The notes below the pieces were generated by a model that worked only from the letters and a program-made list of their open reading frames with translations, was not told the origin of the DNA and did not search any database. Positions 13,301-26,998 of a DNA stretch of 64,000 nucleotides are shown piece after piece. The position numbers and the translations under genes are program-made. Position 1 is the stretch's first letter. Each line of letters begins with the position of its first letter. The stretch covers positions 4,869,759-4,933,758 of the forward strand of contig BFEA01000013.1 of NCBI GenBank assembly GCA_003427395.1, read 5' to 3'. This stretch comes from Chara braunii (taxonomy: Eukaryota; Plantae; Charophyceae).

Positions 13301-13831
13301 GGTAGGCGTCCCTCGGCGGTCATGGAAACATCAAAAATTCTCACTGGGGTCTCTAAGGGCATCCATTTAATTCTAGGTGACTCGGGAGGACGTCCCCCTT
13401 GATAATGGATCCACCACCCTTGAGTTTTTCTCCCCCAGTTGACTGTCATGTCGGACCCCTTGGAACACTTTTCCATCATTCACTGAATTTCCTCCATGTT
13501 GTTGTGTGTAGCTCCCGCCAAGATGGTGAGGTCATCCGCAAAAAGGGAGCACACCGGGATTGCCTCCTTTGGGATGTGTGTGACTCGAATTCTGGTAATG
13601 TTCTTGTTTGCCCGGAGGTTGGCGGCAAGTGTTTCCATGATGACCAAAAACAGGAGGGGGGCAGCTGGGTCCCCCTGACAGACCGAGCGTTCCAGACGCA
13701 GGGGTGGTGTCATACACCCGTTAACTTGAATGCAGGTGGTTGCATTCTGGTGAAGGATCTAAATCCAGCGTCTGAAGTCTGGTCCAAAATTCATTTTATC
13801 CATACATTTGTCTAGGAACAGTCAGTCTACG

Positions 13832-14744
13832 CTATGTTGCACGCCCGGTCATGACCGGGGATGAAAAATCGGCCGCGGTCATGGCCGACGATCGAATCGC
13901 GGGTTCGGCCACGGCCGACCAACCATGTTTGGTCCAACATTTTTTTTTCCTATTTTAACGCATAAATATATATNNNNNNNNNNNNNNNNNNNNNNNNNNN
14001 NNNNNNNNNNNNNNNNNNNNNNNNNNNNNNNNNNNNNNNNNNNNNNNNNNNNNNNNNNNNNNNNNNNNNNNNNNNNNNNNNNNNNNNNNNNNNNNNNNNN
14101 NNNNNNNNNNNNNNNNNNNNNNNNNNNNNNNNNNNNNNNNNNNNNNNNNNNNNNNNNNNNNNNNNNNNNNNNNNNNNNNNNNNNNNNNNNNNNNNNNNNN
14201 NNNNNNNNNNNNNNNNNNNNNNNNNNNNNNNNNNNNNNNNNNNNNNNNNNNNNNNNNNNNNNNNNNNNNNNNNNNNNNNNNNNNNNNNNNNNNNNNNNNN
14301 NNNNNNNNNNNNNNNNNNNNNNNNNNNNNNNNNNNNNNNNNNNNNNNNNNNNNNNNNNNNNNNNNNNNNNNNNNNNNNNNNNNNNNNNNNNNNNNNNNNN
14401 NNNNNNNNNNNNNNNNNNNNNNNNNNNNNNNNNNNNNNNNNNNNNNNNNNNNNNNNNNNNNNNNNNNNNNNNNNNNNNNNNNNNNNNNNNNNNNNNNNNN
14501 NNNNNNNNNNNNNNNNNNNNNNNNNNNNNNNNNNNNNNNNNNNNNNNNNNNNNNNNNNNNNNNNNNNNNNNNNNNNNNNNNNNNNNNNNNNNNNNNNNNN
14601 NNNNNNNNNNNNNNNNNNNNNNNNNNNNNNNNNNNNNNNNNNNNNNNNNNNNNNNNNNNNNNNNNNNNNNNNNNNNNNNNNNNNNNNNNNNNNNNNNNNN
14701 NNNNNNNNNNNNNNNNNNNNNNNNNNNNNNNNNNNNNNNNNNNN

Positions 14745-14818
<74 letters not shown>

Positions 14819-17800
14819 TTCATTTTTACAGCTCCCAAGTTGCCGCGACGCCGCCTGGCCGCACGTGCCGCCGCCGCCGGTCACCCGTTGAGCCCCGCGC
14901 CACCATCTCCCGGTCGCTGCTCGGTCGCCATCGCCGCGCGGCGATTTCAGTGCCCTGTCGTGACCGAACTCGACCGAACTCAACCGAACTCGACCGATCG
15001 CGACCGAACTTAACCAGACGCGACCGAATTGGCCACACTCACCTCGATGGCGGGGGGGGCCACGGTTGGGATCGCTTGGGCGGGCCGACAAGGTGCTGTT
15101 CGGGGTGGGGGGCCGCTCGAGTACCGGCAAGGGGCCGTTTTCCAAACGGGTGGCGATGATTTCATCGACGGTACGGAGGGAGCAACGACATCGACGGACG
15201 GGCCGAGGACTTTGACGCTCAGAGTTGGATGTGCATAAGGGGTTGGGGGACGATGATGGGTGCTGCGGGGACCAGCGGTGCAGGGGGGTCTGCGGGTGGG
15301 GTGTTCATCCCACAGTCTGATAGGGAGATGGCGAAGTTGAGGCGGGGCAACTCGGTGTGGAACTTCATCACTGCGGGCCAACTTGTGGGGGACCAAACGA
15401 AAATGCATGGGGACCGAAAGTTGCGTTGCAACTTTTGGAACCACGTCTGGCAGGGGAATGCGACCAAGGCTGCTCGCCATTTCACGCAGTCGAAGTACTG
15501 CAAGGTTGCGGGGATGAGAGTTCTCGCGGATGTTTGGAACGACACCGACTACAAGTTCACGGACAACACTGCTCGGCGGGTGCAAAGGTGGTTGGAAGAC
15601 GAGGGGATACGGGATACGAGAGCACCCGCGGGTGGGCAGCGGCCACGGATGGACGAGGCAGAGAGGGACGAGATGCAGGATGTCCTCGATGAGCAGGAGG
15701 GGGGGCGAGGGTAGGGTCGGTGAGGCGGGGATGCGAGGGGACGCAGTTGGAGGCTGCGAGCCTGACCTGCTTGGGGAGGAGGTAGTGATGACGTCGAGAG
15801 GGGTTGGGGCAGCGGGACACGCTGTGAGGGCGTCACGACCTGAGTTGGACCGCACGACGAGGGAGAAGAGGGCATGCCAGACGACGATCGAGGAGATGTA
15901 CGACAAGGAGAAGTTAGCCGAGTTCTCAGACGCGTGGCTGCAGTGGATCTACGCGAAGGGGTTTCCATTTAACGCCTTCAGAGGGTCGGAGTTCCAGAGG
16001 GTTCGCCGGGCGGCGGAGAGAGTCCCCCGCACAGTCCGGTTTCAGTTTCCCTCATACATTCAGTGGGCGCCGGGATCCCTTTGCAGAGGACGAAGGTAGC
16101 GTCGATGGTGAGCGAGGTGCGCTCCGCTTTCCAGCACACCGGTGCCACCATCCTCTCCGACGGAAGGAAGTCGCGTAGCGGCAAGCCGTTCGTGAACTTC
16201 CTCGCCGGGGGCATGAACGACGCCCTTCTGTATGCCAGCGTCTCACGTGAGGGGTCTGTCCCCGATATAGCGGATGTTGTGTATCGCAGGTGGCGGGCCA
16301 TCATCTTGTCCTTTCCTGCAAAGGACGTGATCGGCTTCTGCACGGACTCCGCCAGTAACTATACGGCGGTGGCCTGCAGATTCGCCACAGACCCCGACGC
16401 GGACATTAGGAGGATCACTTGGCTTCCTTGCTCTACCCACGTCTGCAACTTGATGTTGTCAAATGTCGGGACACGAGTGGGGTGGGTCAAGGAGACCATC
16501 ATCCGTGCCCGAGCATTAGTGCGATTTATTAAATCGCACGGCGCTGCTCACGCTCTTTTCAGGAGGATGAGCCCTCGTGTCATGCTCGTCGAGCCCGTTG
16601 AGACCCGGTTTGCATCGGTTTTCTTGATGCTGGCGTGTCTAAAAGGTCGGCGGGACGCGCTGGAGAACATGCTGCACGGCAACGCGTGGGCGCTCATCCC
16701 GTGGGAGCGAAGCTTCTCGGCCAGGCGCAGTGGATGCAGCAGCAGATCAGCGACGGGGAGTTCTGGCGATTCATTGATTGTGCCATCCGCGTTATGGTGC
16801 CCATCCACCAGCTCTTGAGGAGGATGGATAGAGGTGGGATGATGATGTTCATCGTTTACGAGTGGAGTTAGCATCTGCTCGAGTTGATGAGGAGGGTGGA
16901 TGTGCCGGCGGACATGGTCGAGCCGTACGTGCGCGAGGTTGTCGTTCGCAACCTCCACATGCTCGAGCCCGCACATGCCGCGGCACACCTCCTTAACCCT
17001 CGCCGACGGTCTCTCCGATATTATGAGTCGTTGCAGACGACCAGTGACGACGACCGTGTGGTTGAGGAGTGCCACAGATTTCTGCTCGCACAGACCAGCG
17101 GCGATCCGGTCGGCAGACTGTACAGGACTGTGCGCGACCAGATGAGGCATTTCCACTCTCGGCGGGGAGATTGGGGAGATCGGCATCTGTCCGATGCCGA
17201 GGCGGACGATTGTCGGGGGGACCACGAGACCGAGCGTTGTGCGGCGTGGTGGTTTGCTCACGGACGTCATCACCCTGAGTTGCGTACCATCACCATCCGT
17301 GTGATGCACTTGTGGACGTCCGCCTCTCCTGCGGAGAGGAACTGGGCGCAGCACGAGCGCATCAACACGGCAAGGCGCAGCAAGCTTGGCTTTGCCAAGC
17401 TGGCACAACTTCTTGAGATTGCCACCAATCTCAAACTGGCCGCGTGCACGCAACAGGGTGGTGGCTACGTGTTGCTTTGGGTTATGGGGACCGGTCGGGA
17501 GGGGACGGCGGGAGGGGAGGAGGACGACGAGGGAGACGTGGAGCCCGACGTGTGGGGAGCGCGACCTGCTGGCAGTGTTAGCGAGCAGGACATCGAGCGC
17601 CAGGTCGTCGCTTTCCATGCCTGCCGACCGTCCAGAGCCGACCCGGTTGAGGACGTGTTTGGCAAGAGGGCGGCGGAGCTACGGTCGTGGCCGGAGTACA
17701 CTGCAGGGGCTGACGACACTCCGGACGCTGATGCGGACGACGACACATCCGACGACCAGTGGACGGACGATGACGACGCTGATGGCGACGCAATGGCGGA

Positions 17801-20800
17801 GCGGGTGTATTTCACTTATGGTGGAGGACGTGACGGCATGGCTCCACACACATCTGTCATCACTGATGATGCGCCGTCGGCTGGACAGGCCTGTGGCACC
17901 GACAGAGTCGGTGATCGTTGTCCACGACGTCCGCGTAGCGACGAGGACGTCGAGGACAAGGAGCCACTCTGGGGCCTTTGGCAGACTGGCAAACATTGGG
18001 AGGTCAGGAGCGACAGCGAGCCGGAGAGGGAGGAGGAGGAGGAGGAGGTGCCCCTTCAGGATCGTCGGTACTCTCCCTCTTATCATCGGACAACGGGACC
18101 GCCCGAGCATATGAGGCGTTCGGCGAGGTTGGCGTCGGCAACAGGGGGACAACAAACACATGATAGTGAGGACCGTGAGGGGGCGAGGTTTGTGGACATG
18201 CCGGACGTGGAGAGGACTCCATCTGGCGCCAGTCTCCTCCGCCGCTCGCCGTCGGAGCTCCGTACCGACGACTTTGACGTCGGGGGATCAGGTGGGGGCT
18301 TGGGGGATTTTAGTGCCTCGAGACTTGGGGGTGCCTCGCCGTCGGAGCTCCGTACCGACGACTTTGATGTGCGGGACCGTGTGGAGACCGCAGAGGAGCG
18401 GGATGCCCGGCTGGACAGAGAGGAGGAGGAGCAGCTGCATACTTTGTCGGGATGGGAGGGTCGGTTCGCGTATCTGGAGGAGCAGCGTCGACTGAGGGAG
18501 TTGGAGACAGGGGGGGTGGCGGCGGTGACGCCGGCGACGTGGGTGTTCGTGGGGAGGCTGTTGTGGGAGAGGTCCGAGAGGGTGTTGTGGGAGAGGATAT
18601 CGACGTGGGTGGCGGGGGAGAGGGTGTCCCTGCGGATGTTGAGGGTGAGGGTGTCGTCGTGGGTGGTGGGGGGGAGGGTGGACCCGGTGGAGATGTCGGC
18701 GGCGACCATGGCGGCGAGGACGAGGGGGGTCCGACGACCACGACGATAGTGGCGACCACGGTGGCAACGACGATGAGGAGATGCTGGCTTTGGTCGTGAG
18801 GTACCCTTCACTACCTCTCGTACGTCCCGAGGACTTCGAGCAGGTTGTGCTCAATGCCGACGATTTGGCGCGACTCGGTTCACAGGACCCTTACCCTCAT
18901 ACGGGCCGCAGGAGCGGCGAGAGGCGCCCCCCTGGAGGGGCGTATTCACCCCCGGCCCACGTCGTGCAAAGCCCTCGATGGTCGGGTTCGTCGCTCAGCG
19001 GCATCAGAGGGAGGGAGTCGGGGGGGGGTTGAGGGCGGGCCGGGCCGCCGCAGTGACGGTGGCGGATTTGCCAGGTCGATGCCCCCACCACCCGCACGGA
19101 CCGCAGAGGCGGGCAACGATGCAACGATCGCCCGTGCGCACATTGGTGGTTCCCCGCCGCCTGTCCCAGGTGGTGTCACCGGCGGATGGGCAGCTAATCG
19201 ACGGGTCACAGACCGGATGAGGGCGGATTACGATGCCGGGAGGGGCGCCTTCGCAGGTCATTTGTCACCACGGACTTAGGTTGCGGGCAGCAGCGAGGGT
19301 GGCTCCGGGCGTCCAAGTCTTCACATGGCAGGCCGCATGCTCGGTTTGTCACGATCGGCGACGAGGAGATCCTTGATCCTCCCGGCCGCAGGGACATCTA
19401 CGGACATGCAGCAGGGACATCACTACACATCGGGCGAGGAGGGGTTGCTGATGCATCGTGGGACGAGACGACACAACGCCATCACGGAGGTTGAGGCTTG
19501 ACTCGCAGCAGATATCACCGCCAGCCAGGCAGCATTGCACGCGATTCAGAGGCAGCGAGAGATGATTGCTGCAGAGGAGGCCGAGGGCGAGGACGCAGAC
19601 ACAGAGTCCGAGCCGATTGATAGTGCGGTCCATAGACACAGAGCGGTCGTGGCCGCGACAGCCGCAGCAGCACAGGCGACATACATCAGCGATGCGGAGG
19701 GCACAGGTGCTGAAGGGGGCCCGGGAGGAGCGCAGAGTCGACAGTCCACTGGGAGAGGCCGCGCGCGTCCTTCTGCAGGCAGAGGTTCTAGTACACCGTC
19801 GGCAGGGCGGGGCGCGGGCCGCTCATCTGGAGGGAGACAACTACGTTAGTGCCTTTTTTTTTTTTTTTTTTTGCAGGACGTTCTTTTGATAGGGTAGTTT
19901 CATAGTTATGTTGATGTTGTTGCTCGATGTGCAGCACGAGGTCCACAGTCACGGATGGTATGATTGCATTACTTTTTTGTTAGCTACTGTGTGTTACGGT
20001 TCAGATGACGGGTCCGGTTTTTGGCTTCAGACATGCACGTACGCATTTCCACTGGAGTGCTTTTTCACTGCTTTGTTCTTCTCCACGTTCCTCTTCTACC
20101 CTCACTTTTGCATGTGAGTCGCTATTGTTTGGTGAGTGGTTTGTTGTCGTGAATGTCCCCGATACATCGGGTATTGTTGTCACAATGTTGCAAATCGTCT
20201 CTTTGTCTAATGCCACACACATGCATGTAATGTTTGCCCACATTGTGAATGTGTTGTGAATTTCGTATGCCAAATAGGGATGATATGTTAATGAATGTGT
20301 TGTTTCATCAGCCTCACGAATGAAATTGATGCCTGCCTCTGGTCTGCCATCCGCACCCCCACCCAGCCCCCACCCAGCCCCCNNNNNNNNNNNNNNNNNN
20401 NNNNNNNNNNNNNNNNNNNNNNNNNNNNNNNNNNNNNNNNNNNNNNNNNNNNNNNNNNNNNNNNNNNNNNNNNNNNNNNNNNNNNNNNNNNNNNNNNNNN
20501 NNNNNNNNNNNNNNNNNNNNNNNNNNNNNNNNNNNNNNNNNNNNNNNNNNNNNNNNNNNNNNNNNNNNNNNNNNNNNNNNNNNNNNNNNNNNNNNNNNNN
20601 NNNNNNNNNNNNNNNNNNNNNNNNNNNNNNNNNNNNNNNNNNNNNNNNNNNNNNNNNNNNNNNNNNNNNNNNNNNNNCCCCGCAGAGGCCGCATTTTTTT
20701 TTTTTTCCATGTGTTGCCGACCCTCCCCCCTACGCACCTGCGTCGACGAACCGCAATTCGGGGGACGCATGAATTTTCCCGACCCACCCTGCTAGACCCA

Positions 20801-21007
20801 TGTTTAGGACCCCCCCGTTTTTTTTTTTTTTGTCGGTCTGCCACTTTGAAGGGGTGCCCCGTCCCCTCCCCACCTGAAACCCGCTCCCCGCTCCTGAAAC
20901 TTCCTCCCCGACCGGCCTCGGTCGAGGCCGAAAGTTCATGACCGGAGCAGCCACGGCCGGCGGTCGCGGCCATGCCCGAACTTGGCCGCGGCCAGGGGGG
21001 AACACAG
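13832..21007 (+). mobile_element. hAT-superfamily DNA transposon (~7.2 kb including gaps)
   Basis: 8-bp TSD AGTCTACG at 13824-13831 and 21008-21015. Imperfect TIRs CTATGTTGCACGCCCGG / CTGTGTTCCCCCCTGG. Subterminal CGACCGAACT and GGCCRCGGCC repeats. Confidence 0.92.
15253..18749 (+). pseudogene. hAT transposase (BED finger, DUF659-type core, dimerisation domain, long acidic tail), frameshifted
   Basis: VWNF...LRCNFWNH...ARHF...YC (BED-like); GATILSDGRKSRSGKPFVNF; CTDSASN; WLPCSTHVCNLML; ETRFAS; WWFAHG..PELR....SASPAERNWA. Confidence 0.9.
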
Positions 21008-24000
21008 AGTCTACGTGATCGTAAGTTTTTTCAAAATCAATGAAGATTAATGTCGTGTTCTAATGGCAGTGTTTTGTGAGTTGGAGTACTTCATGGATTA
21101 AAAGGATATTCTCTTAAATATTCATGTTCTCCATAAAGCCTGTTTGAGAGGGATGGATGATATCTTCCATTCTAGGGATCATTCTGTTGGCTAAAGCTTT
21201 TGACAACATTTTGTAGATGACTGTGAGAAGTGTGATAGGTCGGTAGTTTCTAATATCCATTTTATCTCCCTTTTTATATACGAGGGTTAATACTCCTTGC
21301 CCCACCCTTTCGCCCATCTCACCCATGATCCACACCTCTTTATAGAAGTCCATGATGTTCTGGCTTAAGAATTCCCATGTAGTTTCCCAAAATTCTTTGG
21401 GGAAACCGTCAATCCCTGGTGTTTTTTCCTCCTTCATTTGAAGGAGGGCGGTCCAGATTTCCTGTTTGGAGATTGGGGCTTCTAAAGAGTCACATTGTTC
21501 AGGTGTCAATGACTTGTTCATTGGTTCCAAAAAGTCTTTTAGTTGACGATCGTGGTCCTGTGGGTCAGATCTGTCGATGTGCGTGGTAAAAAGGTCCTTG
21601 TAGAAGTCATATGTTATCTTAGCGCACCTTGCCGTGGAAATGGTCGGATCCGATTCCATGGCTTGTGGTTCCTAGAGCGCATCGATCGTTGTTCTTTTGA
21701 AATGAGGACTCGCTAGGTTGAAAAAGTGAGCATCCATTACTCCTTCGGTTGAGAGTCTGGATAGTCTTGCCCTTATCTGGGCTCCTTGCCAACGATACTG
21801 TGCGTGTTTGAAGAGCTGAGTTTTTAGATCTAGTATTTGAGATTGTAATTCGTCGGGGTTTGATTCCTGCCCTGATTCCTGCCCTTGCGAAAATTGTTTT
21901 TGTTCGGTCTCCATGAGGTTTTGCATTATCATGATTTCGTGTTGGTATCTCTGTGCGGCTATATGTTTGGAATATTCGTTGCACTTTTTTGCCAAAAAAA
22001 ACAAACCATTGTTAAACCATGCAATTTGAGAGTCATGTTGGGAGTGGTGATCCTTCCAGAAGGTCCAAACCTATTGCAGGTACTTCTGGAAGGATTTAAA
22101 ATGAAGCAGAGAAGTGTTAAGTTTGTAGTAGCTGACCCCCTGATCTGGTCGTTTTCGGAAAGTCCAGACTGCCATGCACATCATGTGGTCCAGGTCTAGG
22201 TGCAGGCTGATCGGCAGTATTGCCGCCATGGTAAGCCCTCCACTCAAGTCCTCTGATGCGAGGATTAGATCGATTCTAGATTTTGACAGTCTGTTGGGGT
22301 TACTGTTGCGTAAACAAGTAAAGGCCTTTTCGGTCGGTTGGCTACGCCTGAAGGTGTCAAAGAGTGAGAGGGAGGTGCACAAATCCTTCAGTATCGCTTC
22401 GTCCTCCTCTGCGTTGCGTGCGGTGGTAGGAAGGATTCTCCAACGATCCAGCCATCTATCCGGTGTGGCATTGAAGTCTCCTGCTAATATTACCGAAACA
22501 TCGGGGATAGGGATCATCTCGATCTTTTCCAAAAAAACCCTTCTTTCCTGGGGGTTGTTAGGAGCATAGATGGATACAATGCAAACTATTTCTAACTCCA
22601 GCATGCCCAGCACTTTAACCCACCTTCCTTCCACCTTGTCTTATTCTCAGTCGAGAACTTCGAAGCGAGATTCGGGCGGAATCCATATGGTCACCCCTGC
22701 ACTCCCTGGAATAGGGAAAAAAACCTGATATTTTTGAAAGGGTCAGACTTGTTTGTGTGTCTATGATGTTCTGGTGTGTCCATTAAGTGGGTTTCCTAGA
22801 TGCAAATTATGTCCGGCCACGTTCTTTCCCCCACCCCCCGCATCAGGTCCCACAACACATTATTCTTTTCCGGGTTGCGCGAGGCTAGACCAAGTACATT
22901 GATTGATCGAATATCTAGGTCTGCCTGCTGAAGGGTGTGTTTCCACTTTTTGTTCTTACCATACACCACTTCCACCCAATCCATTTTGCCTCGTGTGTTC
23001 CCTCCCACTATTTTGCTTGGAATGGTGATCAATCCTGTGCATCCCAATCTACTCCCCTGTTAAGAATGTTGTTCCTCAATATTGTACATATACAGGTGAG
23101 TAGGTCATCAGTTGACCAAATATTGCTAGGCTTAATTTTTAGTTGGTGAGTGTCCAGAAGCAGGTTGTGTGTGAGCCATTGCAGCCCTGCTTCTTTGTTA
23201 TCTTCAAATGTTACGTATATGTCTTTATAGGCCATCTTCAGGTTCTCCGAATGTACGCTGATGGTGGCCATTGCCCCTGGCTCGTATTGATTTGTGATAA
23301 AGTTTGTGACTTCGTGGATTCGTAGTGTCCCCTCCCTTTTCATGTGCCAACCTTGCAACGTCATTCCTCCGTAAGTGGGGCATATGAGTCTTCTGAGTCA
23401 GCCGGTGACAAACCCAGTTCCCATTTTCCGGTCCTCCTTCTCATGGGGAGTACCAGCACTTTGTCCTCTTTCAGTAGGCTTTTGTGGTACAATCCCTTCT
23501 CAATGAGGTGACGTGTTTTTAATCCTCTGGAGAGTCTTGTTTCATCTGCATTTTGTGCCTCCTCATCCTTCCTTTGTTCGGTTATTTCTGCGTGTGCTGT
23601 TGGCTGGTACTGTCAGGAGCGAAGGGTTTGTTGGTGTGGCCTGAACCGTCAGTGTCTTCGGGCAGATCAAGTGTCTCCGATCTGATGTTTCAAGCTGGTC
23701 AGGAGCTTTTGCGGTTTCGGGAGGCTGAAATTTGAGGTTTACAATGTTCCAGATTCTATATAATGCTGATTGCCAATCCAGATTCGGGGACAGGCCTTGC
23801 CCCAGGGCTTATTTCAAACTGGGACTTTCGTCTAATAAGGAGAATAATTGTACGTAAGCCTCGTCCCAGTATACTTCTGATTGGCCTGAATATAATGACT
23901 GAAGATGACTAATTAGCCATTCCGCCAAACCCTTTAGCTTAGTCTCGATATCCACCTCCCCTTGTCACCCCCAAGCCTCAGGTGTGTTGTCCATCGTTTC

Positions 24001-24775
24001 CTCATCGGGGGAGGCCCCCGGAGGTTCCCAATCCATGGGTTGGGGTCCGAATGCTTGAAGGAACGGGTCTGTTGTCGAGGATGTTTTCCCTATGGCAGTC
24101 GAAGGCATGATTTCAGACGGGCTCATTTTGGGGAGCTGTTTTTGTGGGCTCTGAGCCATTTGGGGAGGATCTACTATTGCTGCCTCCTCCGAGGCCCGGT
24201 GTATAATCCCTTATTGGTTATCCTCCTTTTCCTTTCCTTTCTCCTTCCCTTCTCCCGCCCCCTCATCTTTTTCCCCTTTGTACTTTACCCGTTCTTGAGT
24301 CTTCTTTCTCCTTCCCCCACCCCATGGCTCAACTGCTCGTACTCTCATCTGTATGATTACGAAATTCTTTTGTACTTCATTTTCTGAATTCTTTTATCAA
24401 AAAATTATTTGCGGTCTGAAAGTCCGAATTTTTTTTAATTTTGCACTTCAAGGGAATTAGGGGGCCTACTGAACTTGCAAACGAGTATTTTTTCTTTTTC
24501 TCAAATTTTTTGCAAAGTTCAAACTTTTTTTTTTTTTTATTAGTGGCTGAGTGTGGCTCCTTATCTGGGCGATATATCCCACCCCGTCCCACCTATGTTG
24601 TTACCCCCTCTAGTTTTCTCTATCCGCCTCCGGTTACCCTCTGCGGCGACATTGGTAAGTTACCACATCAGCAGGCCACGTCAGCAGGACACGGCAACAG
24701 TACCACATCAGCAACCAGTCACCGCAGCAGCAGGTCACATCAGTGCGTGGTGCTCACCCGCTCAAAGACAAGCGG

Positions 24776-26030
24776 CATGGAGCAGTAGTCAGGCGAGATT
24801 ACCGAGGCCTATGAGACCCGCATGCTGGATATGGTAGCAGAATTCAAGTAACGACTAGTGGCGGCAACATCTGCACGTAAGAAAGAAGATGAGGAAGCAG
24901 AGGAACAGCGTCGCCTTGCTGAACAGCAGCGACAGGCGGACGCTGAGGCAGCAAGGAAGGCCGCAGACGAACGCCGTCGACTACGCCGAGACAAACTCCT
25001 CGAATGCGAGGGGGATATCGAGGTGATCGCCGGCGAATGGGCAGTGGCTGCTGAAGAGGAGGGTGCCCCCTCTGCTGTGCGTGGCCTTGCAACCACAATC
25101 GAACATGTGAGCGACTTGGTCACCACCTGTGCAGCACAGCAAGAGGACATTCTCTGTGTGGATACCTTGGTCCGAAAGCAGATTTGAGTTATTGATGAAC
25201 TACTTGACCGGGTACGTCCGCTGGAACAGCAGCTTGCATCAGCCACCCCCGCCGGACCCTCCAACTTGATGGACCGCGTCAACGTCTTGGATATCGACGT
25301 CGAGACTCTCAAGGACAGCGCTTTAACAACAAATCAACAAATTGACCAGCAGATTTGCGCCGCCACAGTCAGTCTAACCGCGACTAATCGCGAGAGCATC
25401 CCGAAGTTTGACGGCCTCCCGATCTTTCGCGATGCAACGAAGACGGACCTGATCCCATAGTGGCGCCAGTTTGAACTGAAGTTGGATATTCACCACGTCA
25501 TCAACCCGAACCGGCACGCATACTTATACTCCCGCTCGGGAGGCGCGTGCCAGGCATGGTTGGACAACATATTCTCCACGCACAACGTCACAGTCTCCGA
25601 GCTGCATACGAAGATCAGTTGGGTTGATCTCAAGGCAGCATGGCATAAGCGGTTCCAAGTGGAGCCGCCCGAGCTTCAGGCAGCCGAGAAACTTCAACGG
25701 TTCTATCAGAACGACCTGCCAAGCACAGACTGGATCACCGAGTACCAACGCTTGGCATCCACGCCCAACTTGCCGTCAACATTTGTCGCTTTCAAACACT
25801 TCTTCATCAGGAGGAGCTGCCCGGCGTTGCAGAACGCCTTGACGCAAGTTGCAGAGACGCTCACCACAAGTGAGAAGCTTTTTCATAAAGCCTCGTAGAT
25901 CGTCGTGACAAACATAAAAGCCAAGAATTTGGGCCATTCGTCTGCTGCAGGCCAGGGCAGAGGACACCATCGACCGAAAGTGACCGTGGTTGCAGCAACT
26001 ACAACAACCAACCTTTCAAACGAGGCTGCA
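24776..26030 (+). pseudogene. Gypsy gag (Retrotrans_gag-like) remnant belonging to the LTR at 4825-10380; truncated before pol
   Basis: Coiled-coil N-terminus, then IPKFDG...WRQFELKL...SGGACQAWL...ISWVDLKAAWHKRF...LQRFYQ...DWITEYQRL, with in-frame stops. Confidence 0.8.
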
Positions 26031-26998
26031 TCATTCGTCTATAGTCTTTACTCCTAACAAGACCAACAATTCTTTACTCCTAACAAGACCAACAGTTCTC
26101 TCCGTTCGTTATCTAACTATTATCACATACTTCCTCCCTCTCACTAGTATCCTATCCATTCACTCTATCGAGGACTAGACCTTATCATTCACCCAACGGT
26201 TTGATCAAACTTCCACATTCTCATAATCAAATAAGTCATATGCATACACAATCATCAACACCATGACACTCTTGCATAATCAAAATTAAAGAGGAAAAAA
26301 AGATTTGTCGTTCTGCCTGGATCATCAGCCTGCAGTTAACCTAGGTTCATTCACTAAGGACCTCGGTAGGCAACCGAGATCCCCGACAACGGTGCCACCT
26401 GTCGAGCGCAATCGATCCCGCAGGGGGACCCTCCCGGCCTCGTAACGGAGGATTTTGCAGGACTTGTCGCGTAGAGCGTCTTTCCGCTCCGGCCGAGTGT
26501 GCCAGTTATACGTCTCGCGAATCCCTACGAGAGGATAGGGCCACGCGAGGTACAACTTACCTCCACCCGCAGGAGTTGTCACCATCGCTTGGGTGGGTGT
26601 ATCCCCGTTGAGCTACCGGACCACATGCAAAAGTTTTTCGTATGCAATCGCAGAGGTGGCCCAGCCGAGGGCGTTTCTCGGTCACCGTAGCATAGGGGGT
26701 ACGTGCAGTTAACGCCCGAATCGAACCCGCACGTGAATCGTCGCTCAAGGCACTGATCTCTCGAGTGCGACCCTACGTCGGTCGACTAGGACGACCATTC
26801 CAACCACGCGATACACTTTCCAACGAAAATTCATTCTTACTTACAATATCGTGCCAGGCCCCTTTTTCTATCTAGACCCCTTACTTTTCTTGAATCGGAA
26901 ATGCACGGATGTCGCACGTGGGGCTTCACATAAATAGGATGTTACCTCACAAGTCTCCTTCATAATAACCATCCATGCACAAGTACATGAGCAGTCGT

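Larger units (their letters stand above)
10805..24345 (-). mobile_element. LINE (L1/Tx1-like) with partial ORF1, APE endonuclease, RT, zf-RVT and poly(A), split by a hAT insertion
   Basis: Poly(T) at 10805-10824. APE motifs at 22071-22920 (SINVLGL, IYAPN, LAGDFN, SRIDLIL). RT motifs KTPGIDG, NYRPITLL, DFEKTYDHVD and LFADDL continue across 13831/21008. Confidence 0.92.

Noticed and set aside
13879-15145. Long ORFs crossing N-runs (also 20288-20973, 28167-29194, 37170-38105)
   Set aside because: Artefacts of assembly gaps.
15010-19749. Many minus-strand ORFs inside the hAT
   Set aside because: Antisense shadows of a GC-rich transposase gene.
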